DNA of 36,987 nucleotides from Fibrobacteria bacterium (GCA_050294405.1 JBNKOC010000013.1:1-36987), one strand, 5' to 3'. Shown: positions 8,318 to 18,049, counted from the stretch's first letter. Notes: a model not told the origin generated them from the letters alone. Numbers and translations: made by a program.

Positions 8318-9235
8318 TTACTCCTGCAATTGCACCTCGATAGGAATGCCTTGGTTGTAATCTTGCTCCGTGCCTTTAACAGCTTCATAAGCTTCCAGAG
8401 AATAATCCACTGGTGCAAATTGTTCTAAAGTAGCACCCTTTTCTACGAGGTAATCAATGATTGCCCTATGCTGTCTAGCTAGTAAATCCAAAGTTTCCTC
8501 AGGCTTTTTGGGGAACTCCCTGTAAATTGTGATTTTCACCTGTTTGTCAGGGTAAGTTTTCAATTGCAAAGCCAGAGAATCTAAAGAACGGAAAGATTCA
8601 AAAGTAAAATTCTCGGTGCCAGTTCTGAATTTTACATCCGGCAACAATTGCAAAGATTTTAGGGGAGGCACGCCAGTATCTGGGCAACCGTCCTCATCTT
8701 TGGAGCCGTTAAAAGTTTCTTTTTCATTGGGACATTGATCCACATCGTCTTTAATGCCATCGCTGTCATTATCCAGCTCCAGGCAACCATCCTCATCCTC
8801 AAAACCGTCCTTATCTTCAGGAGCCAGAGGGCATTTATCCTTGTCATCGGGGATTCCGTCTTTGTCGTTGTCTAAATCTGGACAACCGTCAGAATCGTCA
8901 AAATTATCGAAATCCTCAGCCTCATTGGGACATTTGTCTTTTTTATCGGGGATTCCGTCTTTATCGTTGTCGTCATCAGGACATCCATCCTCATCCATAA
9001 AGCCGTCTTTGTCTTCCGGGATTTCCGGGCAGCGGTCTTTTACATCTAAAACGCCGTCTTTGTCGTTATCGGGGTCAGGGCATCCATCCTGATCTTCGAA
9101 TCTGTCTTTATCTTCTGGTTCTTTGGGGCATTCGTCGTATTTATTGGGAATGCCGTCGCCATCTTTATCGCCAGCTAAACTAAAAGAAGGCAATAAAAAT
9201 AAAAGGATCAAAAAGGCAGGAAGCTTATAATTCAT
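8318..9235 (-). CDS. Secreted thrombospondin type-3 repeat protein with a degenerate OmpA-like C-terminal domain
   Basis: Likely start ATG 9235 (signal peptide ending SLA). Five 33-aa DxDxDG...DxCP...DGCP repeats. The C-terminal VKFRTG...LDSLA..LK.YPD..VKI...AIIDYLVEKG resembles OmpA_C. Confidence 0.82.
   Translation of the reverse strand: MNYKLPAFLILLFLLPSFSLAGDKDGDGIPNKYDECPKEPEDKDRFEDQDGCPDPDNDKDGVLDVKDRCPEIPEDKDGFMDEDGCPDDDNDKDGIPDKKDKCPNEAEDFDNFDDSDGCPDLDNDKDGIPDDKDKCPLAPEDKDGFEDEDGCLELDNDSDGIKDDVDQCPNEKETFNGSKDEDGCPDTGVPPLKSLQLLPDVKFRTGTENFTFESFRSLDSLALQLKTYPDKQVKITIYREFPKKPEETLDLLARQHRAIIDYLVEKGATLEQFAPVDYSLEAYEAVKGTEQDYNQGIPIEVQLQE
8675..9169 (-). repeat. Five tandem 99-nt (33-aa) TSP3 Ca2+-binding coding repeats
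   Basis: Units begin DKDGDGIP, DNDKDGVL, DNDKDGIP, DNDKDGIP and DNDSDGIK. Each is 33 aa with two Cys. Confidence 0.9.
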
Positions 9236-9354
9236 GCAATAAAACCCCATTTTGAATGAAATACATAGGCTAACGTAGAAATATCCAGTGGAATAGACAA
9301 ATGATCTTGGCGCTAATGCCGATAAAAATGGCCAATTTTATTAATTTTCCAGCC

Positions 9355-11208
9355 ATGGATTTTTCCCGAATCAATAAATTAGATAAGTCCACAATTGATA
9401 AAATTGCGGCAGGGGAAGTGATTGAACGCCCAGCCAGTGTTTTAAAGGAACTTGTGGAAAACTCCATTGATGCAGGCGCCAGCCAAATTTCCATTTGGAC
9501 AGAGCAAGGGGGAAAGTCGCTGCTTAAAGTAAGTGACAACGGTAGGGGGATTCACCGGGAAGACGTTTTTTTGCTTTGGGAACGGCACGCCACCAGTAAA
9601 ATTTCCAGAGCAGATGATTTGTACAATATTTCCAGTATGGGATTTCGAGGTGAAGCTCTTTCCAGCATAGCTTCTGTTTGCGATGTAAAGGTGGAGTCCA
9701 AAAGACAAGAGGAAGATATCGGATTTGAAGTTGAGGTTTTGGGCGGAAAACAGGGCGATGTAATAGATAGCTCCCGAACATCGGGAACCACTTTTACGGT
9801 AAAAAATTTATTCAGCCATTTTCCGGTGAGAAAAAAGTTTTTATCCAGCGATAGATCGGAAGCCCAACAAAATTTAAAAACTTTAATTCGAATTTCCCTG
9901 GCCTATCCCAAAGTGGGTTTTCAACTGCAAGAAGGAGGGAAAACAGTATTTGATTCCCCGGCCGGAAGCCTGGAAGACAGGGTGGGGGATGTATTTGGAA
10001 AAATAACAAGTCAAAATCTAATTGAAGTCGATGAGTCTCTTTCGGGGATTTCCATTTCGGGGTTTGTGTCTCCGCCAGATAGCTTTAAGGGGACCAGGCA
10101 ATCACAATATTTTTATGTAAATGGCCGCAACGTGCAAAATTTAATGCTGTCAAAAGCATTGGGCCAGGGTTTTGATGTTCAATTACCCGGAAAGTATCCT
10201 GCATGCGCTCTTTTTTTATCTTTGCCGCCAGATGTAATTGATGTTAACATACATCCCACAAAAAAAGAAATTAAATTTAAGGATGAAAAATATATTTTCA
10301 CCTCTATTGTAAATAGTGTGCGGAAGGCATTGCAAAAAGCTTATTCCCATCCCGGGTTAAATATTTCGGGCAGCCCGGAAGAAGATGAATTAACCGCAGA
10401 AGCAAAGGCGCTGCCTTTTGACTTTGCAACCAAAGCAAAGCAAAAACAATATGTGGAATCAGAATCAGCAGAGGCCCAAAACCAAACCAGCTTGTTATTA
10501 GAAGAAAAGTCTGAAGAAGAGAAAAAAAAACCAAAGGGGCCCAAAATTTTCAGCTGGCCGGAACCTAACCCAGGGCTAGTAAAAACCAACCCAATGGCTT
10601 CGGAGGAAAACTCAACGGAAAGCCCTGAAAAATTTGAAACCCATAATGTTCCTTTTTTGCAAATACATAATGCTTACATCCTATTTGAAGTGGAGTCGGG
10701 GTTGATGGTGGTTAATCAACAATTTGCCCACGAGAGAATTTTATATGAACAAGCTCTTGGAGTTTTAAAATCCGGAAGCAAACTCAGCTCTCAGCAATTG
10801 CTGTTTCCAGAAGTTTTGGATTTGAGTTTGGAAGAACATCAGGCTCTTATTCCCTATTTGCCTCAATTGAAAAAGTTGGGTTTTGATATGGAAGAATTTG
10901 GAGGAAACAGTTTTCAATTGCGGGGAATTCCTTTGGAAATTTCCCAAAACAATGCTTTAAAAATTACCCGCAATATTATTCAGGGACTGGTTTTGGAAAA
11001 CCCCGGGTCTACCTTGGATTTTAGCCTTTTGGCTAAGGCTTTTTCCAGTGGCGCTAAAATTAAAATGGGGGAGCGGCTTAGTTCGGCTGAAATTTCCAGC
11101 CTTATTGATAAATTATTTGCCACGCAAAATCCATTTGTCTCTCCCTCTGGAAAGTCAGTTGTGTTAAAATACAGATTAGATGAATTTAATCGAAGGTTTT
11201 CTGTATAG
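9355..11208 (+). CDS. mutL: DNA mismatch repair protein MutL
   Basis: IAAGEVIERPASVLKELVENSIDAGA, HATSKI, GFRGEAL, and a C-terminal QQFAHERILYE. Likely start ATG 9355 (MDFSRINKL). Confidence 0.97.
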   Translation: MDFSRINKLDKSTIDKIAAGEVIERPASVLKELVENSIDAGASQISIWTEQGGKSLLKVSDNGRGIHREDVFLLWERHATSKISRADDLYNISSMGFRGEALSSIASVCDVKVESKRQEEDIGFEVEVLGGKQGDVIDSSRTSGTTFTVKNLFSHFPVRKKFLSSDRSEAQQNLKTLIRISLAYPKVGFQLQEGGKTVFDSPAGSLEDRVGDVFGKITSQNLIEVDESLSGISISGFVSPPDSFKGTRQSQYFYVNGRNVQNLMLSKALGQGFDVQLPGKYPACALFLSLPPDVIDVNIHPTKKEIKFKDEKYIFTSIVNSVRKALQKAYSHPGLNISGSPEEDELTAEAKALPFDFATKAKQKQYVESESAEAQNQTSLLLEEKSEEEKKKPKGPKIFSWPEPNPGLVKTNPMASEENSTESPEKFETHNVPFLQIHNAYILFEVESGLMVVNQQFAHERILYEQALGVLKSGSKLSSQQLLFPEVLDLSLEEHQALIPYLPQLKKLGFDMEEFGGNSFQLRGIPLEISQNNALKITRNIIQGLVLENPGSTLDFSLLAKAFSSGAKIKMGERLSSAEISSLIDKLFATQNPFVSPSGKSVVLKYRLDEFNRRFSV

Positions 11209-11241
11209 TTAAATGGTTTTTTTGGAACCCTTAAATAAGAA

Positions 11242-13110
11242 ATGAATTCTTTATTTAAAAGTCGTTTTTTAGCTGTTGCAGAACTGGACAAAAAGGGCAA
11301 GTTACTGGATTGTTCAACGACCTTTGCTCGAATGTTGCAAGCCCCAAAAAGCAAACTGTTAAAGAAATCTATAGCTGCTCAATTTAAACCGGTTAGTTCT
11401 TTTAAGTTCAGAAGTTTTTTTAATAATTTTTTAAATGGAAAAAGCAGCAGTATAAGCGAAGTTATCCAATTAGATAGAAAACCTTCAAATGGGTCATGGT
11501 TGGATCTGACTCTGGAAAAAATGCCGGAGGGTCCCGACTCTGAAAAAATTTATATCTACCTCCAGGACGTTACTGAATTCAGGCAAAGAGAACTTTCTCT
11601 TGTGGAGAAAGAAGGTCTCTACAAAACAGTAATTGCCAATGCCCAGGCTGTGGTGTTCGCTTTGGACGATAAGGGTTGTTTTTTGTTTAGCGAGGGAATG
11701 GGACTTGCGGATTTGGGGTTAAAACCTGGAGAAGTTGTGGGGCTTTCTGCCCTTGAACTATACAAACATAACTCTGTAATAGTGAAATCCATTAAAGCGG
11801 CACTTCAGGGCAAACCCTTTTCTGGAATATTTGAAGAGGGAGGCTTGCTTTTTGATACCAGTCTGGTACCTTATTTTAACTCCCAAAAAAAAGTGACCGC
11901 TGTCATTGGCATGTCGGTGGATATATCTGAAAGAAAAAGGGCGGAAAAAGCTTTAATTGAAAGTGAGGAAAAGTACCGCTCCATTTTTGAATCTTTTACG
12001 GATGTGTATTTTCGGGCCAAATTAACTGGGGAAATGACCATGGTATCTCCTTCAGTGGAATTAAATTTCGGCTATAGCCCTGCCTTTGCCCTGCGACAAA
12101 AAGCCAGTTTATTTTTTAAGGACTCCAAAGGTTGGAACACTATGGTTCGCAAGTTATTAAAAGAGGGCGAGCTGCGAAACTTTGAATTTGAAGCCATTGA
12201 TAAGGAAGGGGATTTGCTGATGGCTTCCCTTACTGTTTCTCTTACCTATGATAAACATATTGGCAACCCCGATGGAGTGGAAGGCGTATTGCGGGATATT
12301 ACTGAATTAAAAATGGCAGAAAAAGAAGCGGAAATTAAAAACCGCCAATTGATGCAGGCAAGTAAAATGGTGACTTTAGGTACTTTGGTTTCTGGAGTGG
12401 CCCATGAAATAAATAACCCTAACAATTATATCATGTTTAACACTTCCCTGTTGTCTAAAATCTGGAGCGACATTGAACCCATATTAGCCCAGCGATATGA
12501 ACAATCTGGCGATTTTAAATTAGGCGGTCTTAGCTATAAAAAAATGTTAAACAAATACCGGGATTTAATTGAAGGCATTAATGACGGGGCCCACCGTATT
12601 AATAAAATTGTTACTGAGTTAAAAAACTTTGTGCGCCAGGGCTCCACAGATTTAAATCAAAAGGTGGATATTAATCAGGTGGTATTAAACGCATCCAACC
12701 TCATTAAAAACTTAATTAGCGAATCCAAAGTGAAATTGGAAATGGATTTAGGCTGGGAGTTGCCTCTTGTAAAAGGAAACCGCCAGCAATTGGAACAGGT
12801 GGTGATCAACCTTTTGGAAAACAGTTGTCAGGCGGCTAAAAATCAGAATTGTTATATAAAAGTGCAGACCATTCAGCTTCAAAACCCCGATGTAGTTCAG
12901 ATTAAAGTAACAGATAATGGCCCGGGTATCCCTAAGGAAATTATGCATCGTATTATGGACCCATTTTTTACTACTAAATCAGATTTAGGAGGTACAGGTA
13001 TGGGGCTTTCGATTTCTTATAACATAATTGAAGATCACCGAGGCAATTTAGAAGTAAGCTCTGTTCCTAACTCAGAAACAGTTTTTACGGTAAGCTTCCC
13101 TGTTCAATAA
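11242..13110 (+). CDS. Cytoplasmic multi-PAS sensor histidine kinase (NtrB-like)
   Basis: PAS/PAC ends (LQDVTE, SVDISERKRAE, LRDITE), H-box VAHEINNP, N-box INLLENS, DNGPGI, DPFFTTK and GTGMGL. No TM segment evident. Confidence 0.93.
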   Translation: MNSLFKSRFLAVAELDKKGKLLDCSTTFARMLQAPKSKLLKKSIAAQFKPVSSFKFRSFFNNFLNGKSSSISEVIQLDRKPSNGSWLDLTLEKMPEGPDSEKIYIYLQDVTEFRQRELSLVEKEGLYKTVIANAQAVVFALDDKGCFLFSEGMGLADLGLKPGEVVGLSALELYKHNSVIVKSIKAALQGKPFSGIFEEGGLLFDTSLVPYFNSQKKVTAVIGMSVDISERKRAEKALIESEEKYRSIFESFTDVYFRAKLTGEMTMVSPSVELNFGYSPAFALRQKASLFFKDSKGWNTMVRKLLKEGELRNFEFEAIDKEGDLLMASLTVSLTYDKHIGNPDGVEGVLRDITELKMAEKEAEIKNRQLMQASKMVTLGTLVSGVAHEINNPNNYIMFNTSLLSKIWSDIEPILAQRYEQSGDFKLGGLSYKKMLNKYRDLIEGINDGAHRINKIVTELKNFVRQGSTDLNQKVDINQVVLNASNLIKNLISESKVKLEMDLGWELPLVKGNRQQLEQVVINLLENSCQAAKNQNCYIKVQTIQLQNPDVVQIKVTDNGPGIPKEIMHRIMDPFFTTKSDLGGTGMGLSISYNIIEDHRGNLEVSSVPNSETVFTVSFPVQ

Positions 13111-13149
13111 AACATTGCCTTTGATTGACGACGTTATTTTAAGCCGGCT

Positions 13150-15378
13150 TTAGTCTGCTCCACCATCGAGAGTGACGGTAAACTCTTTGGCTTTGGTTGT
13201 ATCGGCCTCTGGGATAACCCGGCATGTTACGAATGCCACTCCGCTAAAGCGGGTGCCTAAAACGGTTTGTTTGTCGGAGAGGATAGTAAGGTATTCGGTG
13301 CTTCCCACCACTTCCACCGTATAATTTTTATTGGTGGTATTGGCGGGCAACCAGTTGATATTTGGTTTTGCCTGGAACAAGTCAGGAGTTAGATACATTC
13401 CATCTACCTGAATGCTGGAAAGGGGGTAAGCCCTCGTTACATTAACAGTAGCGGTATTGGGATTTTGGTTATAGCTGTTGTCAATGGCCCCGATGTATAT
13501 GGAATTGGCCCCGTCCTTAAGATAAATGGTGGCGGTCCAACCATTGGCTGTTTGGGTAGCCCACACTATTGAATCCGGGTTTTCGGCATCTTCCACATGC
13601 ACCAAATAAGCCGCAGAAATTCCGTTTTCGTCATCGGCGGTAAAGTTAAAGGTAGCTGTTTCTGTCCAAATAGTATCGTTATGCTGAGTGGAAGGAGCTG
13701 GGCCATTGGCCACAGTGGGGGGAGTATTGTCTAGTTTAGTGGGGTCGTAAGTGAGGTTAACATTTAGTGTCTGCACATTGGCAGTATCTTCTCCAAGGGG
13801 GTTGTCTGTGGCGGTAATTTTTATGGGGTATGACCCTCTGCCGCTTGTAAAAGCATAATCGGCCTCGTATTGATTTGCCGTTGAGGAAACTTTGTCCGCA
13901 TTTTTTCCGGCAATTATCACGCTGCCAATTCCGGAAAGGTTATCCTGCACTTCTACCCTAATAGTTACTGTTTGCTCTGTTAAGACCTCATCTTCGGTTG
14001 GAGATAATAGGGTGATAGTGGGTTTTGTAGTATCTCTGGGAGCATAACGAATGGTGAAAATAGAGGTGTCGGAATTTGCGTTTAAACTTCTATCGGTGGC
14101 AATGACCGTAAAGGTTTCGGTGTTTTGGCTAAAGAGCACCGGAAAAACATAGTTGGTGTCCGCCAGAGTCGCCGCGCTTCCGTTTACGGTTACAGAGGCG
14201 ATGCCACTGGGGTCGGTTACCCGAAATTCCAGGGTGGTATTGGCCACATGGTAAACTTCGGTGGAATTATGGCTTATTAACAGTACACTGGGAGGCAATA
14301 AATCACCTGCGGTGGGGTCGTAGCCTACCAATACTATATCGGTAGCCTCGTTTCCGGATACATCGCGGGCTATAGCAGTAATGCGCTTGTTGTTACCCAC
14401 ATCCTCTAAATCCACCTGTGCGCTCCAGTTTTCACCCTGAATGGTGGCTTCCACACCATTTACAATCACGGATTCCAACTGCCCGTTGTCTTTAGCCGTA
14501 CCACTGACAGGAACGTTAGTCTGAATGTTTAATACATCGGAACTTGTGGGGCTTTTAATGCTTATTTCCGGCGCTGTTACATCTGTAATGCTGTATGCAA
14601 TATTGAGCGTGTCCAAAAACCGGTTATTGGCTGGGGAATTGTCCACCACATCCACAATAACCTGGTTGTCTCCTTCCACCAGGCTAAGATATACATACCA
14701 CTCCCCATCGCTGAGCTCGGCGTCTTTTCCGTTTACCTTAAAAGTCAAAATATCAGATCTATCGCTGTATGTACCGTCAAACTTTAAGCTAGGCAAGTTT
14801 ACTGTGGCTCCATTGGCCGTGTTGTAGGTTACAATAGGTGCTTCGCTGTCGGCAGCTTCTACAACATAGTTGATGGTGAAATTGATTTCGAATTGATTTG
14901 CTTCGTCGTCAAAAAGCAAAACGTTGATGTTGTTAACTCCAGGTTCGAGATTGAGAATTATTTCCCAGCTTTTGTTGTTAATATCCACAGTTTCATCGTT
15001 AATATCAAAAACCCGGATTTGATTTTTAGGATCTAAGGTTCCTCTCAATTGAATAGTGGAGGTGCCCACAGTGTTTTGAGCGTCTGGATTATTTATTTCA
15101 ATGTTATTGTTTTCTATTATAAAATTGAAAAATTCTTCATTTATTTTTTGCTGATCTTTAATTTCGGCTATGGTTTTTTCGCTTTGGGCTTCTTGAATGC
15201 AAGTGGCCAGGTCTTTTTTGCAATCGCTATTGTATTCTATAAGCAAATCCAGGGTGTCTTTACTGATTCCGTTGGGAGCTCCGGGATCAAAGGGATTGTC
15301 TCTTTCAGCTTTGGTGCAATTAAATACAACAGCGCTTAATAAAGTAGCGCCAATCCAAAATTTATTTAAATATGCCAT
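13150..15378 (-). CDS. Large surface lipoprotein with tandem Ig-like domains
   Basis: Signal/lipobox LLSAVVFN-C followed by RDNPFDP. Recurrent domain starts DSEAP, DVTAP, DLLPP, DTTKP and DNTPP. Beta-strand-rich and acidic. Likely start ATG 15378 (the ORF track uses TTG 15390). Confidence 0.8.
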   Translation of the reverse strand: MAYLNKFWIGATLLSAVVFNCTKAERDNPFDPGAPNGISKDTLDLLIEYNSDCKKDLATCIQEAQSEKTIAEIKDQQKINEEFFNFIIENNNIEINNPDAQNTVGTSTIQLRGTLDPKNQIRVFDINDETVDINNKSWEIILNLEPGVNNINVLLFDDEANQFEINFTINYVVEAADSEAPIVTYNTANGATVNLPSLKFDGTYSDRSDILTFKVNGKDAELSDGEWYVYLSLVEGDNQVIVDVVDNSPANNRFLDTLNIAYSITDVTAPEISIKSPTSSDVLNIQTNVPVSGTAKDNGQLESVIVNGVEATIQGENWSAQVDLEDVGNNKRITAIARDVSGNEATDIVLVGYDPTAGDLLPPSVLLISHNSTEVYHVANTTLEFRVTDPSGIASVTVNGSAATLADTNYVFPVLFSQNTETFTVIATDRSLNANSDTSIFTIRYAPRDTTKPTITLLSPTEDEVLTEQTVTIRVEVQDNLSGIGSVIIAGKNADKVSSTANQYEADYAFTSGRGSYPIKITATDNPLGEDTANVQTLNVNLTYDPTKLDNTPPTVANGPAPSTQHNDTIWTETATFNFTADDENGISAAYLVHVEDAENPDSIVWATQTANGWTATIYLKDGANSIYIGAIDNSYNQNPNTATVNVTRAYPLSSIQVDGMYLTPDLFQAKPNINWLPANTTNKNYTVEVVGSTEYLTILSDKQTVLGTRFSGVAFVTCRVIPEADTTKAKEFTVTLDGGAD

Positions 15379-15505
15379 CCTCAAAATCAATCCATATGGG
15401 TAATAAGCACAGGCAGGCAGCTTTTACAAATTCCCCTGAAAACAAAATATACCTAATTTAAAGTGGTATCCCTAGCCCCAAAAATATAATGGCCGAAGCG
15501 GGGTT

Positions 15506-15733
15506 TCACTTAAAATAAAAATACCAAAAAAGCAGCCAAAAAATTAAAAACAGAGGCAGAGAAAACAACATTCGTCGAAAGGCCGAATCCGGCATTCGTT
15601 TTCCAAAATCAGGGGAGCTGTTGTCGCTTAGCATTTCCCGACGCAGTTTTTTCAGGGTTGCATCTATTTTTTTATGGGCGGGTTCTTCCGGGGCTTCTGT
15701 CTCAGAGGACTCCGTTTTATCTTCCTCTTTCAT
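15506..15733 (-). CDS. Small hypothetical protein with a C-terminal membrane anchor
   Basis: ATG overlaps the TGA of the upstream permease (TGATG). Charged N-terminus, hydrophobic C-terminus LFSLPLFLIFWLLFWYFYF. Confidence 0.65.
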   Translation of the reverse strand: MKEEDKTESSETEAPEEPAHKKIDATLKKLRREMLSDNSSPDFGKRMPDSAFRRMLFSLPLFLIFWLLFWYFYFK

Positions 15734-16890
15734 CAAGCTCTTCTACCTGGTCTCCTGGATCTGGGTTTATTTTCCACAAGCACAGGATATGGGTTTTCGG
15801 CCCGGATTGGGGTGTGGCCTCCATAGCCCTTTCGGTATATTCTAAGGCCAGCTAAAAATAAAGATGTAAGCACCGGGCCTAATAAGAAACCTGGCAAACC
15901 AAAAACAGAAATGCCCCCCAGAGTACTGAAAAATATGAGTAAATCGTGCATTCCAATTTCTTTTCCAAATAAAATGGGCCGTAAAATGTTGTCCAACACA
16001 CTGAGACCAATAGCCACGGATAACACAAAGGTAGCCCATATGATTTGGCCTTTTATAAATAGAAATATGGCGGAGGGAACAAGAACAACCACAGGTCCAA
16101 GGCCGGGCAGAAGGGAAACCAAAGTCATAATAACCGCCCAAAATACGGGGCTGGAAAAGCCTGCCACCCAAAGCGCAAGCCCTCCAATACTGCCCTGGAT
16201 AAGGCTGATGCCCAAGGCTCCTTTTAGTGTGGCTCTGGCTGTAAGGGATGCTTCGCGCATAAATTCTCGTTCTTCGCTGTCGCTGAGGGGAGAAACATCC
16301 ATAAGGGAACGGGTGATTTTTTCGCCGTCTCTATAAAAATAAAAAAGGGCAAAAAGAGAGATTGCAATGGATGTGGCTTTGCCAATGAGGCTGGCGGATA
16401 AAGCTTTTCCTCCGGAAAAAAGATATTCCACCAGTTTTTTTCCCCCCGTAACGAGATAGGAGCTTAAAGAATCAAAATTAAGAGCATCGGGGCTTAGGCC
16501 AACCCAACTGAATAAAAATTCAAATGGAAAAAGATAGCGTTCTAAAAGTTCGGTATATATGGTTTTAATGTCCAGAGTGAGCTGGCCAATATTTAAGGAC
16601 TGGTAGAAGTTCATGGCCTCGCGATAGGCTAAAAAACTCACTAACAACAGGGGTAAAAATGCTCCCAATAAAAGGCAGAGCAAAGTGAGTCCCGAGGCCA
16701 GATTTGGATTTTTAATTTTTTTATGAATCTTTAAATAAAGAGGATAAGTAACCGTTGCAGCCAGGGCCGCAACGATGGTGGGAATCACAAAAGCCCTCAC
16801 CATAAAAAGGAAAAATCCTAAAAGAATGAGGAGCACCCAAAAAAAGGCTCTGCGGTTTCCGAGGGTATTTTTTTTAGAGGGTTTTGCCAT
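15733..16890 (-). CDS. AI-2E (PerM/UPF0118) family transporter
   Basis: Multi-TM, with motifs YFYRDGEKI, DNILRPIL and GGISVFGLPGFLLGP. Likely start ATG 16890. Confidence 0.92.
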   Translation of the reverse strand: MAKPSKKNTLGNRRAFFWVLLILLGFFLFMVRAFVIPTIVAALAATVTYPLYLKIHKKIKNPNLASGLTLLCLLLGAFLPLLLVSFLAYREAMNFYQSLNIGQLTLDIKTIYTELLERYLFPFEFLFSWVGLSPDALNFDSLSSYLVTGGKKLVEYLFSGGKALSASLIGKATSIAISLFALFYFYRDGEKITRSLMDVSPLSDSEEREFMREASLTARATLKGALGISLIQGSIGGLALWVAGFSSPVFWAVIMTLVSLLPGLGPVVVLVPSAIFLFIKGQIIWATFVLSVAIGLSVLDNILRPILFGKEIGMHDLLIFFSTLGGISVFGLPGFLLGPVLTSLFLAGLRIYRKGYGGHTPIRAENPYPVLVENKPRSRRPGRRA

Positions 16891-16979
16891 AACAATAAAA
16901 AAGGTAATTTTAAACAATCAGCATGGAAAGAAAAGACCACAGGGAGAGCGATTCTCAGCAATTAAACAGAAGCCGCAAA

Positions 16980-17954
16980 ATGGAATGCGAAGGCCCACAG
17001 GATTTTTTGAAAAAATTGGGTAAAGGGAAAACCCTTTCCAAATCCTTGAGCTACAACGAGGCCCAACTGGCCATGAGCCAAATTTTGGACAGCAAATTTA
17101 CTCCCGCTCAATTGGGCGCACTGCTCCAAGCCTGGAGGCTGGTGGAATTAACTCAGGAAGAGTTAAACGCCATGGGCGCATTTTTATTGGGCCAGTTAAA
17201 ACCTATCGAACCGCCACAGCAGTCTCATACTCTGGTGCTAAATATTTGCAGTGACACCGCCCGTAAGGGCGGTATTCTGGCGGCCAGCGCCGCCCATTTG
17301 CTATGCCTTTGGCCAGTAGATGTATGTATAGTGGCCAACATGCCTATGCTTTCTAACAATACCCGTTCTCTTAGCCTATCTTTGGATTGCGGGGAAAAGG
17401 CTCTGGAATTTATAAGCGCGAAAAAAAATCTAAGTACATTTGGTAGCATCAGAGTAAGCCACTGCGATGATTTGATTGAACAATGGTGCCTTTTGGAGGG
17501 GGTGCGTCAGGAACTGGGGTTTCGTTCCTGTTTACATACCTTAGAAAAGCTAGTTAGCCCCTGGCCCCAAAGCCCTTTTATCACGGCTCTATCTCATAAA
17601 CATTACGCCCAGCGTATGGCCAAGGCCCTGGCTCACCTTAAAATGGAGGATTCCTGTATTTTAATGGGAAATCACGGTACCATAGATTTAAACCTCCATA
17701 AAAAAACCGAAAGTTATTTTCCCCATAGGGAAGAGGCCTTTTTTTGGGATTCTCCGGCCGATGTGGGATTAGAAATTCCATCTCAACTTTATACCCTGCA
17801 ATACATGGACAGCTGGAAAAAAGAAAGCAAAGATTTAAGCTCTTCTTTTTGGAATGGAGTGCAGTACGAATTGTCTTTTTTGCTGATCCAGGCTAAAATT
17901 TACCCCAATATGGAAGTGGCGCTCCAGGAAATCCGAAAAAAACTGGCTATTTAA
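16980..17954 (+). CDS. YbiB/TrpD2-like protein (anthranilate phosphoribosyltransferase fold)
   Basis: FLKKLGKG...LSYNEA...QLGALL..WR...EL N-terminal helical domain and RQELGFRSCLHTLEKLVSP...SHKHY, which match the YbiB pattern. Start is either 16923 or 16980. Confidence 0.72.
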   Translation: MECEGPQDFLKKLGKGKTLSKSLSYNEAQLAMSQILDSKFTPAQLGALLQAWRLVELTQEELNAMGAFLLGQLKPIEPPQQSHTLVLNICSDTARKGGILAASAAHLLCLWPVDVCIVANMPMLSNNTRSLSLSLDCGEKALEFISAKKNLSTFGSIRVSHCDDLIEQWCLLEGVRQELGFRSCLHTLEKLVSPWPQSPFITALSHKHYAQRMAKALAHLKMEDSCILMGNHGTIDLNLHKKTESYFPHREEAFFWDSPADVGLEIPSQLYTLQYMDSWKKESKDLSSSFWNGVQYELSFLLIQAKIYPNMEVALQEIRKKLAI

Positions 17955-18049
17955 CCACATAGCATCTTTTTGAACAAAAAAAATCTCATTTTTTTAAATT
18001 CAGCATTATCTATTTCTACAGGATTATCACATAGCCAAAGGAAAGCAAA

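Noticed and set aside
8284..8418. N-terminal extension of the PDZ-TlpA ORF
   Set aside because: Overlaps the TSP3 gene. The signal peptide begins at ATG 8283.
8675..9169. Periodic repeats considered as a CRISPR array
   Set aside because: The repeats are degenerate, in-frame 99-nt coding units with no unique spacers, and there are no cas genes.
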